Source of the DNA: Antalis vulgaris
Taxonomy: Eukaryota
Direction: 5' to 3'
Assembly (NCBI GenBank): GCA_977070855.1
Contig: OZ370866.1
Location: 39,246,001-39,310,000, forward strand
DNA length: 64,000 nt
How positions within the stretch are numbered: the stretch's first letter is position 1; the number at the start of each line of letters is the position of its first letter. The notes beneath the pieces were generated by a model that worked only from the letters and a program-made list of their open reading frames with translations, had not been told where the DNA came from and searched no databases. The position numbers and the translations under genes were made by a program. Below are positions 27,018 to 37,369 of the stretch, piece by piece.

Positions 27018-27234
27018 ATGGCAGAGGGATTTCCTACAGAGAAAGACGAAACTTACTGCAGGCGGATGTTCGACGAGATGGATAGCGATCGAAAGGGTTT
27101 CCTGAGAGGCATCGAATTACCGGGTTTACTGAAACACTATCAAGGACGCTTTGATCTGACTGATAAAGACCTTAAGAACATTGGGAAATTTATGGATAAA
27201 GAACGAATACATTGTTCTAAGATTACTTTTAGAG
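27018..27234 (+). CDS. Host EF-hand calcium-binding protein, first identified coding exon (exon 26998-27234)
   Basis: MFDEMDSDRKGFLRGIEL is a canonical EF loop. Acceptor TTTCATAG ends at 26997. Phase-1 donor G|GTGAGA at 27235. Confidence 0.8.
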
Positions 27235-27889
27235 GTGAGAATATGACATCGGCGAAGCGGCCCCGAGTGAAGCCATCGTTGACAGGATATTGTCAACGTG
27301 TGGATATTTTGTCTATGCATGCAACTCTGATTCAGTGCAATAGAACAGCTAGCAAATTCCCATCAACCCTACTCTCAACGCCTGGAGCAGTCGACACACG
27401 TGATAACATTTTTGTGTTATTAAAAAGTCTCATTTTTCGCCTCAATACCGTTGGTTATTACTCCTCAAGTGTACGAGAGTAGCACGTTTGTTCGAACGAG
27501 GAGCCATAACCTATGTTTTGGAAACTAAAAATGAAAATCTAAAAGAAAAATATGAAAAGCGATTTTTGTGTATAATGCTGGTCAATTTTCGACGTTACTT
27601 CGTTTAAAACCACTGAGGGACTAAAGTAACAGCATTGAACACTTCATCAATACAAACTCTGAGAAGGTACCTTTCATCAACTATAGGATGGTGGTCTGTG
27701 GGGGCCATCATCGACCGAGAGTTTTATGAGATCTGAAGAATATCCCTTCCCCATACTTGCAAAAGCTTTCAAAAGTCCACCCTTTAAATGCCATTTCTGT
27801 CACTGAAAGGAACGACAAACATAAGCAAACCCCAGTATGTCATTGCCCCTGAAATACAACACTTGAACTGCATGTATATATGCTTTATG

Positions 27890-28935
27890 GAACACGCTTC
27901 TGGTTCTCGTCAGATCACCGAAGTTAAGCCCCGTACACACGGCGCAAATTCAATTTGTCAAAAAAAAAATGTGACAAATAAAATTTATCAAAGTTTTTGC
28001 GTCTCGTGTGTATGCAACGGCAAACTTATTTGCTGACGATACTGCTTCATACAAATCGTTGTTATGATAGCTGGTTTAGGTGTCTTACTTCGCTCCAATT
28101 TGAGCACTCAAAAAGACATTTCACTCGAAGGTGGTGGATGCTTCCGTTGGCAACGGAATCGTGCAAAGCGGAGTCCGCTCTGCGCGATTCCGTTGCCCAC
28201 GGAAGCATCCACCATCTTGCTCAAGGGTTTGCGAATAATTTCATTACGGAACTCAGAATAACGAATCCCGAAAGCTTCAAGAATTTCATTTGGTACGTAT
28301 ATTGTATAAAATTATAGAATCAACCCAGGTACCATGGCAGTACCGCCGCCGCTGTCTCCACCATCGGTACTTGTAGCACGATCAACCACCTCCACACAGC
28401 TTGAAGACGCAATATTTGTTGACATATTTCTGTGTATGCGCAATTTCTCTCTGCGCAGGAATTTGTTAAATTTCTTTGTTCAATATCTGGGACGTCCAGA
28501 TATGGAACAAATAACTTTGGTCGAAGAAAATTTGACAAATTTTTTCGTACACACGACCAAATTTTATTTGTCACATTTTCTTTGACAAATTAAATTTGCT
28601 CGTGTGAACGGGGCTTTAAACAACGTTGACCCCTATTTGTCGGTAGACGCGAAACTATTCAGCGATTGATTTGGATTGCCGCTCTGTGTCCGTGAGCAAG
28701 GAACCTCACACCGATTGCCTACACGGGGACGCGACGACGTTGTGTGCTGAGACGAACTGCATGCTGAGGTACTCATGTCTTCAGCCTTTTTAACCCTGCC
28801 TGTGCCGTGTACTGTGTGGTACTGATGTGCCGCCCACAATTCAGTCTGGAGTTATGAAACTGAGAAGCTGACAGGTGCTCGTCGTTGCTCATTGTATCTC
28901 TGACGTCCTCCATCCATAAACCTGTCACCGAAACC
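27890..28935 (+). mobile_element. 5S-headed SINE split by a Harbinger-type insertion
   Basis: GGTTCTCGTCAGATCACCGAAGTTA | insertion | AACAACGTTGA, then the SINE body to AAACCTGTCACCGA. Confidence 0.7.
27927..28615. mobile_element. PIF/Harbinger-like internally deleted element
   Basis: 3-bp TSD TTA (27924-26, 28616-18). ~60-bp imperfect TIR AGCCCCGT(A/T)CACACG...TGTGACAAATAAAATTT. Internal remnant RRWWMLP..ELRITNPESFKNFI. Confidence 0.75.
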
Positions 28936-29329
28936 AATCAATCATTTGGGCCCAGAATCCACTGCCCTCTCATCGGCCATGCGGAAGTCGGTGGGGAAAT
29001 TAATTATGTTGTGCTTTGTGTCGGCACTTCAAAAAATTCTATCCTTATTTCAGTCAATAAACAATCCAGGGGAGATTACTCCATGGAACGAATGTTTTTT
29101 TCCGCGATCAGCCACCAATGTTGTCACTATGACCGTGGTCGGTGATTTTTCTGAGTGACAACAGGGGCCGAATATAGGTCCCATTCCCAATGAGGTTTTG
29201 ACATGATTTTTCCCAATTTCAAACAACAAAATCTCAATTTGTACCCAGTATCAATTGATTATAACATTTATGAACCTTCACTGAAAATTTAGGCTTTATT
29301 ATGCGGATAAAGGAACTATTAAACCGTAA

Positions 29330-29584
29330 GTTAACCCTATTTCCTCCCTGTGAGGATCCCGGCAAGTGAAGCAGTGCTTGTTCACTGTGGTAAACAAGCC
29401 CTGCTTCACTGGTAGAATAGGACCCAGTATCCAATGCTTGGGGTAGAAGTCCTCTAAAAGGGGCAACATGGGTATAAATGATTGGCTAAACTTGAGTTTA
29501 TATCTGTGTTGCGTTCATGATTAGCCATTGCCGTGCATAAATATATGACCTTAAACACCAATAAATAAATTAATAAATAAATAA
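29330..29584 (+). mobile_element. Retroposed 3' fragment with SINE-type tail (candidate partner-LINE 3' UTR)
   Basis: Matches 22330-22580 (-). Ends GACCTTAAACACCAATAAATAAAT. Confidence 0.65.
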
Positions 29585-29790
29585 CCTTATTTCCAACGCT
29601 TGGAGCAGACGACACTTGTGAAAAAATTCCCGTACGACTGGAAATTTTCATTGTTTGCTTCCAAACCATAGGTTGTGACCCCTCATTCGAACGAGCGTGT
29701 CACGGAAGCAAAAATGAAAATCTAAAAAAAATTGAACAATGATTTTCGTGTATAGCGCTGCCGGTGTTGCCCGTTACGTTGGGAATAGGG
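29585..29790. mobile_element. piggyBac-like TTAA MITE (family A)
   Basis: CCTTATTTCCAACG...CGTTGGGAATAGGG|TTAA. Confidence 0.7.
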
Positions 29791-30104
29791 TTAAAGTCAT
29801 AAAAAAGACTATTTCACTTTTAATATGCCTGTATTGAATAAATAAATGTGCACTTTTTTAACTTTTAAGGAGTTGACAGGATTCCCAATCTGATCGAATA
29901 AGATGGGTATTTTCCCAATTGCATGGGCCCTGGCCCCATTCCCAATACACCTAAAAAAAATCCCAACATGCAATTTGAAGAGCCAAATGCGCCTATTGTC
30001 GAGTGGTTTCCTACAATTTGTCAGCACTGTCACAGACAGTTCCGCGGTATACCGAGTCTACAACAGGCAATGCCCCCCCCCCCTCCCCTCCCACCTCATC
30101 GCAG

Positions 30105-30460
30105 CATCGCAGCTGGCTCAACCGGTAAGAAGTCGGACTTGAGATCTTGTGGTCGATGGTTCGATTCCCACCGACGGCGACATCGCGTTGTGTCCTAGGG
30201 CAAGGCAATTAAGGCTCATTGACCACGTGGGAGCACGATGAAGCTCTGTGTTGAGACGTACTGCACGTGTACATGTCCTCAACCACTCTAACCCTGTCTG
30301 TTCTGTGCACTGCGTGGGAGTATGACGTTGGGAGGTGGCAGGTGCTTGTCGCTGGTTGTTGGTTCTCTCTGGGTACTCCGGCATCCACCACCGTAAACCT
30401 GTCACCGACACGATATGACCCTGGCTGTCAAAGCGTCATTAAACACCAATAAATAAATAA
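30105..30460 (+). mobile_element. tRNA-derived SINE
   Basis: A-box TGGCTCAACCGG, B-box GGTTCGATTCC, shared body, (AAAT)n tail. Confidence 0.85.
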
Positions 30461-30894
30461 CTAAAATATTTGAAAACATTCAAAATGCGCCTTCAATAAA
30501 GTCTGTCTCACGTGAAATTTTTTTTTTTGGCATGTCAACGTGACATAGAACGGGAGTTTTAATATAGGTAGTCAGCCAATAAAGAAGCATCGGCCACGAA
30601 TTTAATTGAAGAAGTGTTTTGTCTAATTAAAACTTTTGTAAACCGTAAACAGATTTCTTCAAGAATAAAGGCGAACTGACAATTCCACTCCAGCTTTTGC
30701 AGACGTCGAGATAGTTTTCAAGTGGATACAGTCAACAAGTTTAAACTGTTCCGTTTTACCCCCAAGCTAACCTGCTAAATACGGCATGCAGACGGTAAGG
30801 ACGTTAAACTTTAACAGCTGTGCCAAATACGCAGCTAGAGCAAAAAAATCATTCCCCGAAAAGCGAAATGGGCAACTGTCCAGTTAGCCATATT

Positions 30895-31486
30895 TAGTGT
30901 TGAAACGATTAGCAATTTTCGAAAGTCGAATAGTCGTCGGTAGTAATCGACTTAAAGTTGTCTAGTCGTAAGACTTCCACGTTTACACGTACAAATGTGA
31001 ACGTTTCAAATTCTGATAAACATACACACGAAATGGAGTTTAAAAAGTGTACTCCCCCACCCCACCCCCCGCCCCCTCACAACGGTGACAGCGTGGAGGT
31101 GAGCACGGCGTCTCAAGAAACTGTAGTCACTATATGGCTGTGGTATAGAGCTGGCCCCATCCCCTCACCAGCTCCCACAATGTGGGAGCTGGTGAGGGGA
31201 TTGGACCAGCTCTATACCACAGTCATACAGTGACTAAAGAAACTGATGCTGAAAAGGTAAAATGTTGCGTGACCTCTCTAATTTCAAAGACAGGGATGAA
31301 CCCCCAGACCCCTGCACCCTGTGATTTACACCCTCAACAAGGGTCGGAACAGTAGTATGTCTCCCTCTTAGAGACCTAGCAATGGACGCAATAAGGGTGT
31401 GCCGACTAGTCGACTTGTACATTTAAACATCGACTTTTTTGGTAGTCGATTTGAGGTCGACTGGTCGAACAATCGTTTCAGCTCTA
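30895..31486. mobile_element. hAT-like non-autonomous element (family E)
   Basis: Perfect 8-bp TSD GCCATATT (30887-30894, 31487-31494). TIR TAGTGTTGAAACGATT / AATCGTTTCAGCTCTA. Confidence 0.88.
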
Positions 31487-34139
31487 GCCATATTGCCAAC
31501 GTTTGGAGCAACCGACACCCGTTAAAACAAATTTCATGTAACTAAAAGTTTCATTCCTACTTTCAAAACATATGTTAGACCCCTCATTCGAACGAGCGTG
31601 TCACGCTCGTTCGAATGAGGGGCAATAACCTATGTTTCGAAAGCAAACAATAACAATCTTAAAACATTGGATACTATTTTCGCGTATAGTGCAAGTCGGT
31701 TTTTGCTGTCGCGTTGGGAATTGGGTTAATGATGTTCTAGGATACTGCGCATGCTCAAAACTGGTCAATTGCCCATTTTCAAACTCGGTGTAGTCTTGCT
31801 TCATTGGATGCGCATTTCGTTGAGTTCCATGTGGAATTGTAAGGCCTTCCACCTTCATGCGCTTTTCCGCATCACAGTCTTCTCCGCATTACAGTTGAGT
31901 CTCCCGCAGTACACACTTTTGACCTTTGACCCGTGTCAACTTAACTTTCGGCCAAACAAACCCCCAGAGCAGTTACGGGGCCACCCGTAAAAAGAAAAAA
32001 AATCATCTGATATCTCGAAGATGAAAACACAGATTTGAACGTAAGCAGTCGGTTTTGGGCTGGACTACGTGTGCTTACAAATTCATCAGCAGACTCCAAG
32101 CCACTGGCATTTTTGTTTTCACTTCGGCTATTCAAATCTCCCCGTAAATAGAACGTATTGAATGAAATGAAATCGCGCCGAGTAAATACTACGCACTATT
32201 TTCGATTAGTAGATTTATTTAACTATTTCTTGGAATTATTTCCACGTCTTTGTCACAAAAATGATGCCGACTTGTAAATAAATACTGTGGGATTCGAGCG
32301 CGATAAATATAATTCTGACAAGGTGATTTTTTATTCTCAAAATGAGCGTGAAGCGAGGCTGTCAACACATATTTTAGTCAGATTAAAATATGTGGAGTCT
32401 CTGAATGACTATGTGCGGTGGTGATCGGGGGGGGGGGGGGATCTATGCCACTGTCATACAATTACTAGGGTCCAGTCTACACACACCCTACAAGGCACAG
32501 ACGTCTCTAGGGAGTGGGGGACGAACAAACAGACAAGTGTATTATAAATACACTCAAGTGTGTTAAATATGTAATGCGCTTGCGTGATATGGTCTGAGAT
32601 TTCTTCTATGCAACAAAGCCAAAAATTGACGTCACGTAACCAGGCAACGGGGTACAAAACCGTAAATTCATCCCGATTAGAGGTTGTTTAAAAAAATCGC
32701 AATTGTAAATTGTAAGTTTTCGAAATTAAAAGAGTGAAACAAATTACTGAATATTATTGTTATATGTCGGCAATAGATAATAAAAATCATTAAGTAGACG
32801 ACACTCGTAAAATAGTTCTCAAGTGACTATGAATTTCCTTCTTTTTGCTTTCAAGACATGGACTATGACCCCTCACTGGAACGAGCGTGTTTCGCTCGTT
32901 CCAGTGAAGGTCATAACCCATGTTTTGGAAGCAAAAGGGAACTATATTGGTATCCGTGATTTATACCAGAATCCTGAAAAAAATATTCTTAAAGGAGGCA
33001 AGGGGTGTCCCCCATAAACATTTTGAGAATGTGCTTTTTACCGAGCACATAGCGTTCCACTCATTTATGTATTGGTGTTTAGCGGGTAATTACTATACAT
33101 ATAAAATTGGCTTAGCTTGTTCATACCTGTGTTGCAGAAGTATTTGGCTTTAAGCGTCAATAACTATCAAATCTACATCAAATCTTGGGTTTATTTTTTC
33201 TTCGTGACACGTATTTTCATATTAGTATAATATAATGATCTTGTGCTATGGATAATTAAATTAGTTAATATCAACCTGATAAACACATGTTTTTTTGAGT
33301 GGACTGGTGCTGTCTGGTTCTGTGGATAAAATGGAAAGCTTAACCATTTTTGGTGCCAACTATCCGACAAGAGCTATGTCGTCTCGTAGATTCCCCGAAT
33401 GCCGACATGGTGATCTAAGAAAACTCAAACAATTTTCTCTGAACGCCGACAGAGAGCGTTGTTAATAACTATAGTCCGCTTCATAAAAACACTGCCCCTT
33501 AATTTCAAAATGTCGGCATTCAGAGAAGTGGCCGTCACCATAATATGCATAGAGTCTCAGTTTAATGTAGTCGGACAATGACTGACAAATTTCCAGTTTC
33601 CTTCCAAAACATAGGTTATGACCCATCATTGAAACGTTCAAATGAGTGACCATAACCAATGCTTTGGAAACAAAAACTCAAATATAATAAAAAGATATAA
33701 CAGCGATTTCCTTCTATGTTACTTTTGATGCTCAGCTTGGTCAAGGATAAAATTTAACAAAATTAATTACTATTTACAGACATTATAATGCGATCATATC
33801 ATGCTGGGTGAACTCTGTATAACCGTGTCTCCTTCTGTGGGGTTGCAAGTATGTACACGTAGTGAGCTGTAAGTCGTTTGTTGAGAAATCTGCAAAATTT
33901 TACATTCTGTGAGTAATGTGCAGGTTTGTTTGTGAGCACCCCCCCCCCCCACACACACACACACAAACCAAACCAAACTTGTTTTGACTGCAAACAATAA
34001 ACAAGAGTGAAGGACCTGAAAAGCAACAAGACGTGCCGCGTTCAAAGCGGTCCGAAACGGTAAGAGTGTCCGAGGAATACAAGAATCGAGAGCGTGCAAC
34101 GCAACACGCTCGATTCTAGCATTCCGCAAATACTCTTGT

Positions 34140-34484
34140 GGGGGAGCGCGGTGGCTCAGCCGTTAAGGTTTCGGATTTGAGATCTTGTGACCAAGGGTTC
34201 GATTCCCACCGGCGGCTACATCGCGTTGTGTTCTTAGGCAAGACAGTTAATTCCCATTGCACGTGTTGGGACACGATGAAGGTGTTTGCTGAGACGTGCT
34301 GCACAACAAGTTGCACATGTCCTCATCCTATCTAACTCTCGAGTTATGACGTTGGGGAGCTGACAGGTGTTCGTCGCTGCTCAGTGGTTCTGTCCGCGTA
34401 CTCCGGCCTCCCCCACCCATAAACCTGCCACCGACACGATATGACCCTAGTTGTTAAAGTGCCATTAAAACACCAAAAAATAAA
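34140..34484 (+). mobile_element. tRNA-derived SINE
   Basis: GGGGGAGCGCGGTGGCTCAGCCG...GGTTCGATTCCC head with the shared body and tail. Confidence 0.85.
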
Positions 34485-34582
34485 CAAATTATCTTGTGCC
34501 GCTTTGAAATGTTACCACGAACTACGTTTTCTATAACTGTAAAACCTAACCAATAATGTTCAAAACGATAAAACTGTTTTAA

Positions 34583-34826
34583 TCCTTTACCCAACACAGC
34601 CTTTCTGAAAAACAATAAAAAACCCACTTGTGAGGAAAATTTTGATCGGCATAGCTCAATGAAATCATGCAAATATGGATATCATTGGAACCGGCTGGGT
34701 CAGCCGGTTCCAATGATACCCATATTTGCATAGTTTTATTGAGAAAACTCGAAGATATATTAATCTGTGAGAGTCTCATTCAAGTAAATTTTCTGGGCGA
34801 TTTTGGCCGTTTTGTTGGGTGAAGGG
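34583..34826. mobile_element. piggyBac-like TTAA MITE (family B)
   Basis: TTAA|TCCTTTACCCAACA...TGTTGGGTGAAGGG|TTAA with the central hairpin TATCATTGGAACCGGCTG..CAGCCGGTTCCAATGATA. Confidence 0.78.
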
Positions 34827-34934
34827 TTAATGTGATCGCCTGAGAAAGCTAAAGAAAACACCATTCACGGCGTACGTTTCGAACTGTTAACTTAACGACG
34901 GGGCACCCCTTCCGAAAACTAACTCATGCTCAGC

Positions 34935-35640
34935 AGTAGTATAGCTCGCATGAACCGTCCCCTATCACCCGGACCTAGGGCCGGACCTAGGAAGTGACGT
35001 CATAGTCACGTGACTTGGGGCGGCCATGTTGGGTTGTCATGGTAACCCACGTGCGCGGCCATGTTGTGACGTCATTACCATGGTGATAGAAGCACGTGAA
35101 TAGCGCGTGTTGTCATGGAAACACGTGGTTCCGGTGCCGCCATATTGGTTTCTATGGTATCACGTGGTTTCTAAGGTGCCACGTGGTTGCTAGGTACCCA
35201 AACTTCTTCCTACAAGACGGGGTAGTATGTGGGGGGTCTGTTCGATTGAATGGGAGTATGTTCCGGAATCATCGAATTACCCAAATGAGCCCGACTTTAC
35301 CGATTTTTGGCCCGATTTCCCTATATTCGAGTGTATTTTACCCCGTTATGTTGGTATTTAAGCCACTATGTGGTAACTATAAGACGAGGGGGTCTGTTCG
35401 TTCTACGTGGAGTATGTTCGTTCTATGTGGAGTATGTTCTGGAACTATATAATTACCGAAATGAGCCCGACTTTACCGATTTTTGGCTCGAATTCCCTAT
35501 ATTCGAGTGAATTTCGCCCTGTTACAGGTGGCCACTGGTCTGTTCGTTCACCTGGCCCCACGATCCGGTAGCGCGAGAGGCCCCCTGGCGGCGGCCCAAG
35601 CGGCGAGGATCCTAAAGAGCGGCGGCGAGGGCTCAGGGGA
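34935..35640 (+). repeat. Left TIR of the outer element; its partner is split into ~39060-39228 and 42452-43016
   Basis: 34935-35305 is near-identical to the reverse complement of 42645-43016. 35510-35600 matches the reverse complement of 39120-39200. Confidence 0.9.
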
Positions 35641-35681
35641 CCCCTGGGGCTAAAGGCTGGCCCCTCCCCTCGGCCCGAGGG

Positions 35682-35717
35682 TATAAAAGGCGATGCGCAG
35701 CACGATCCCGGTCATTT
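35682..35717 (+). promoter_or_regulatory. TATA + Inr core promoter of gene 1
   Basis: GGGTATAAAAGGCG (TATA at 35682). TCATTT with its A at 35714, 32 nt downstream. ATG at 35745. Confidence 0.75.
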
Positions 35718-35744
35718 CGATGTTGACCACCGAAGAGTGAAGAC

Positions 35745-36284
35745 ATGGAATCAAAACGCTGCCGATACTGTAAGAAACTTTTCTGTAGTAACTCCAACGC
35801 AAAGAGACACGAACGAGGATATTGTGATATGACCAAAGGAGGACCCGAGAGAAAGAAATTCAGATGTAGCTATTGTGAAGGAAGATTCACTCGGAAAGGT
35901 AATGCCAAACACCACGAGACGCATACCTGTCCCAAACGACCAGATCAGCGCCGATTTATCCTAAGTGAAGATTTTCGGTTGTCAGTGAGCCGGAATAAAG
36001 AACTACTTGAATTCCTTCGTGGGGCAAATACAGAAGATACAGATACCCTGCTACAAGTTGTTTTGGAAGATCTGATAGAAAGTTTGTGTAGATGCGCTGC
36101 CAACATCCTCGAAGACAGAGTACTACTAACGCCGAAGGAGAAGGATACACTCAAAGAACACGATGATGTATTGAAGATACTGACTTTCCACCAAATTCCC
36201 ATGGATGTAAAACGAAGTTTCCTAAGGAAAAGTGATTTTCTCCCATCGCTGATCGAGCCGGTGTTAGCTTCGCTAAAGGTATAA
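35745..36284 (+). CDS. Gene 1: two C2HC zinc fingers + Polinton/adintovirus core-like helical domain (179 aa)
   Basis: Two C-x2-C-x12-H-x4-C motifs. C-terminal RNKELLEFL..LIESLCRCAANILEDRVLLTPKEK..FLPSLIEPVL is paralogous to gene 2. Confidence 0.8.
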   Translation: MESKRCRYCKKLFCSNSNAKRHERGYCDMTKGGPERKKFRCSYCEGRFTRKGNAKHHETHTCPKRPDQRRFILSEDFRLSVSRNKELLEFLRGANTEDTDTLLQVVLEDLIESLCRCAANILEDRVLLTPKEKDTLKEHDDVLKILTFHQIPMDVKRSFLRKSDFLPSLIEPVLASLKV

Positions 36285-36313
36285 CAGGACAACGCACATC
36301 AGAAATTTCAATA

Positions 36314-36761
36314 ATGACCACCATGAAGACCTGCCGCTATTGTGGAAAAACTTTCACCAGATCAGACAATGCCAGGAGGCACGAGGAAGAATATTGCCCA
36401 AAAATTCCGAAAAATCAACCACAGAACCATCACGTGATGCCACATTACGAAATCATAAAATACTTTTGGAATTTTTGTCCACAGCAGACCAACGGGCCCT
36501 CAAGGATATAATCAAGACGGCCGATGACGAATTTATAAAATGTATACGATACTGTACCAGAAGGATATTGGAAGGATCGGTACCCCTATCCAGTTCAGAG
36601 AAACAACACCTGATACCCTACAAGCACAATATTCGAAAGATGGCCAAGAAGGATTATCCAAACAGAAAGGCAAGACGCATCATACAGAAAGGTGGCTTTC
36701 TTGGATTTTTATTGAACCTGTCGTGCGGGCCATGTCGGGGCTCCTTGGTGGAACCCTATAA
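36314..36761 (+). pseudogene. Gene 2: one C2HC finger + Polinton core-like domain ending QKGGFL; two -1 frame breaks (about 149 aa if repaired)
   Basis: CRYCGKTFTRSDNARRHEEEYC (36314 frame) / RNHKILLEFL..ADDEFIKCI..ILEGSVPLSSSEK..IIQKGGFLGFL (36340 frame) / IEPVVRAMSGLLGGTL (36540 frame). Probable breaks at A5 ~36400 and T5 36706-10. Confidence 0.72.
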
Positions 36762-36792
36762 ATAGGCCTCGAACAAGTGAAACCTTTCAGTT
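36757..36792 (+). promoter_or_regulatory. TATA + Inr core promoter of gene 3, overlapping the gene 2 stop
   Basis: TATAAATA at 36757. TCAGTT with its A at 36789 (+32). Confidence 0.7.
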
Positions 36793-36827
36793 CTGTCCCA
36801 ACCGTCGAGGAGATCGGACGCGCCAAA

Positions 36828-37295
36828 ATGTATGACCCATCAGACTCTGAAGAATCCCTTGAGGAATCCATGGAATATACCGAGGAATCCGAAGAAGAAA
36901 GTGAAGATGAGTCCACACATGCGGCGGGAAAAATTGTGAAATATGCCTACGACAAACACCAGGAAGAATTTGAAAACATAATGGACCAATATATCGAAGG
37001 TGGAATGGATCGAGACGCCGCTGCTAGGGCTGCCCAAAATGGTCTCGAAAGTGCCGTGAGAGAATCTGTCGGGAAGAGATACATGGAAATATTGTCCTTC
37101 ATAAGAGAATTCGGTAACGATTCCATCCACAAGAAGATTAAAGAGACTGCTAGACGTTTACGTGAGGACGAAGACTACGACTATGACGAATCTCTAAAGT
37201 ATGCATTGGAGAAAAGGAAATATTTGTTTGATGATGTAATGGAAGATTTCGGTTTTGAGTACGAGAGGGAGGATGACTCTGACGACCAAGAATAG
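36828..37295 (+). CDS. Gene 3: acidic, probably helical protein of unknown function (155 aa)
   Basis: GCCAAAATG start context. Intact ORF with acidic ends and core DSIHKKIKETARRLREDEDYDYDESLKYALEKRKYL. Confidence 0.78.
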   Translation: MYDPSDSEESLEESMEYTEESEEESEDESTHAAGKIVKYAYDKHQEEFENIMDQYIEGGMDRDAAARAAQNGLESAVRESVGKRYMEILSFIREFGNDSIHKKIKETARRLREDEDYDYDESLKYALEKRKYLFDDVMEDFGFEYEREDDSDDQE

Positions 37296-37308
37296 GCCAG
37301 CCCGTGGG

Positions 37309-37344
37309 TATAAAAGGCGGTCGCTCGATATGAAATTATCATTT
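37309..37344 (+). promoter_or_regulatory. TATA + Inr core promoter of gene 4
   Basis: GGGTATAAAAGGCG is identical to the gene 1 motif (TATA at 37309). TCATTT with its A at 37341 (+32). Confidence 0.75.
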
Positions 37345-37369
37345 GTGTTTTGACCGTCAAAGAGGAAGG

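Noticed and set aside
27235..27482. C-terminal half of the 154-aa ORF 27018-27482
   Set aside because: It is read-through past a good splice donor into intron and MITE sequence. The EF-hand is completed by the exon at 44133.
34140..34215. tRNA genes at the SINE heads
   Set aside because: A and B boxes are present but the stems are degenerate, and each copy continues into the SINE body.
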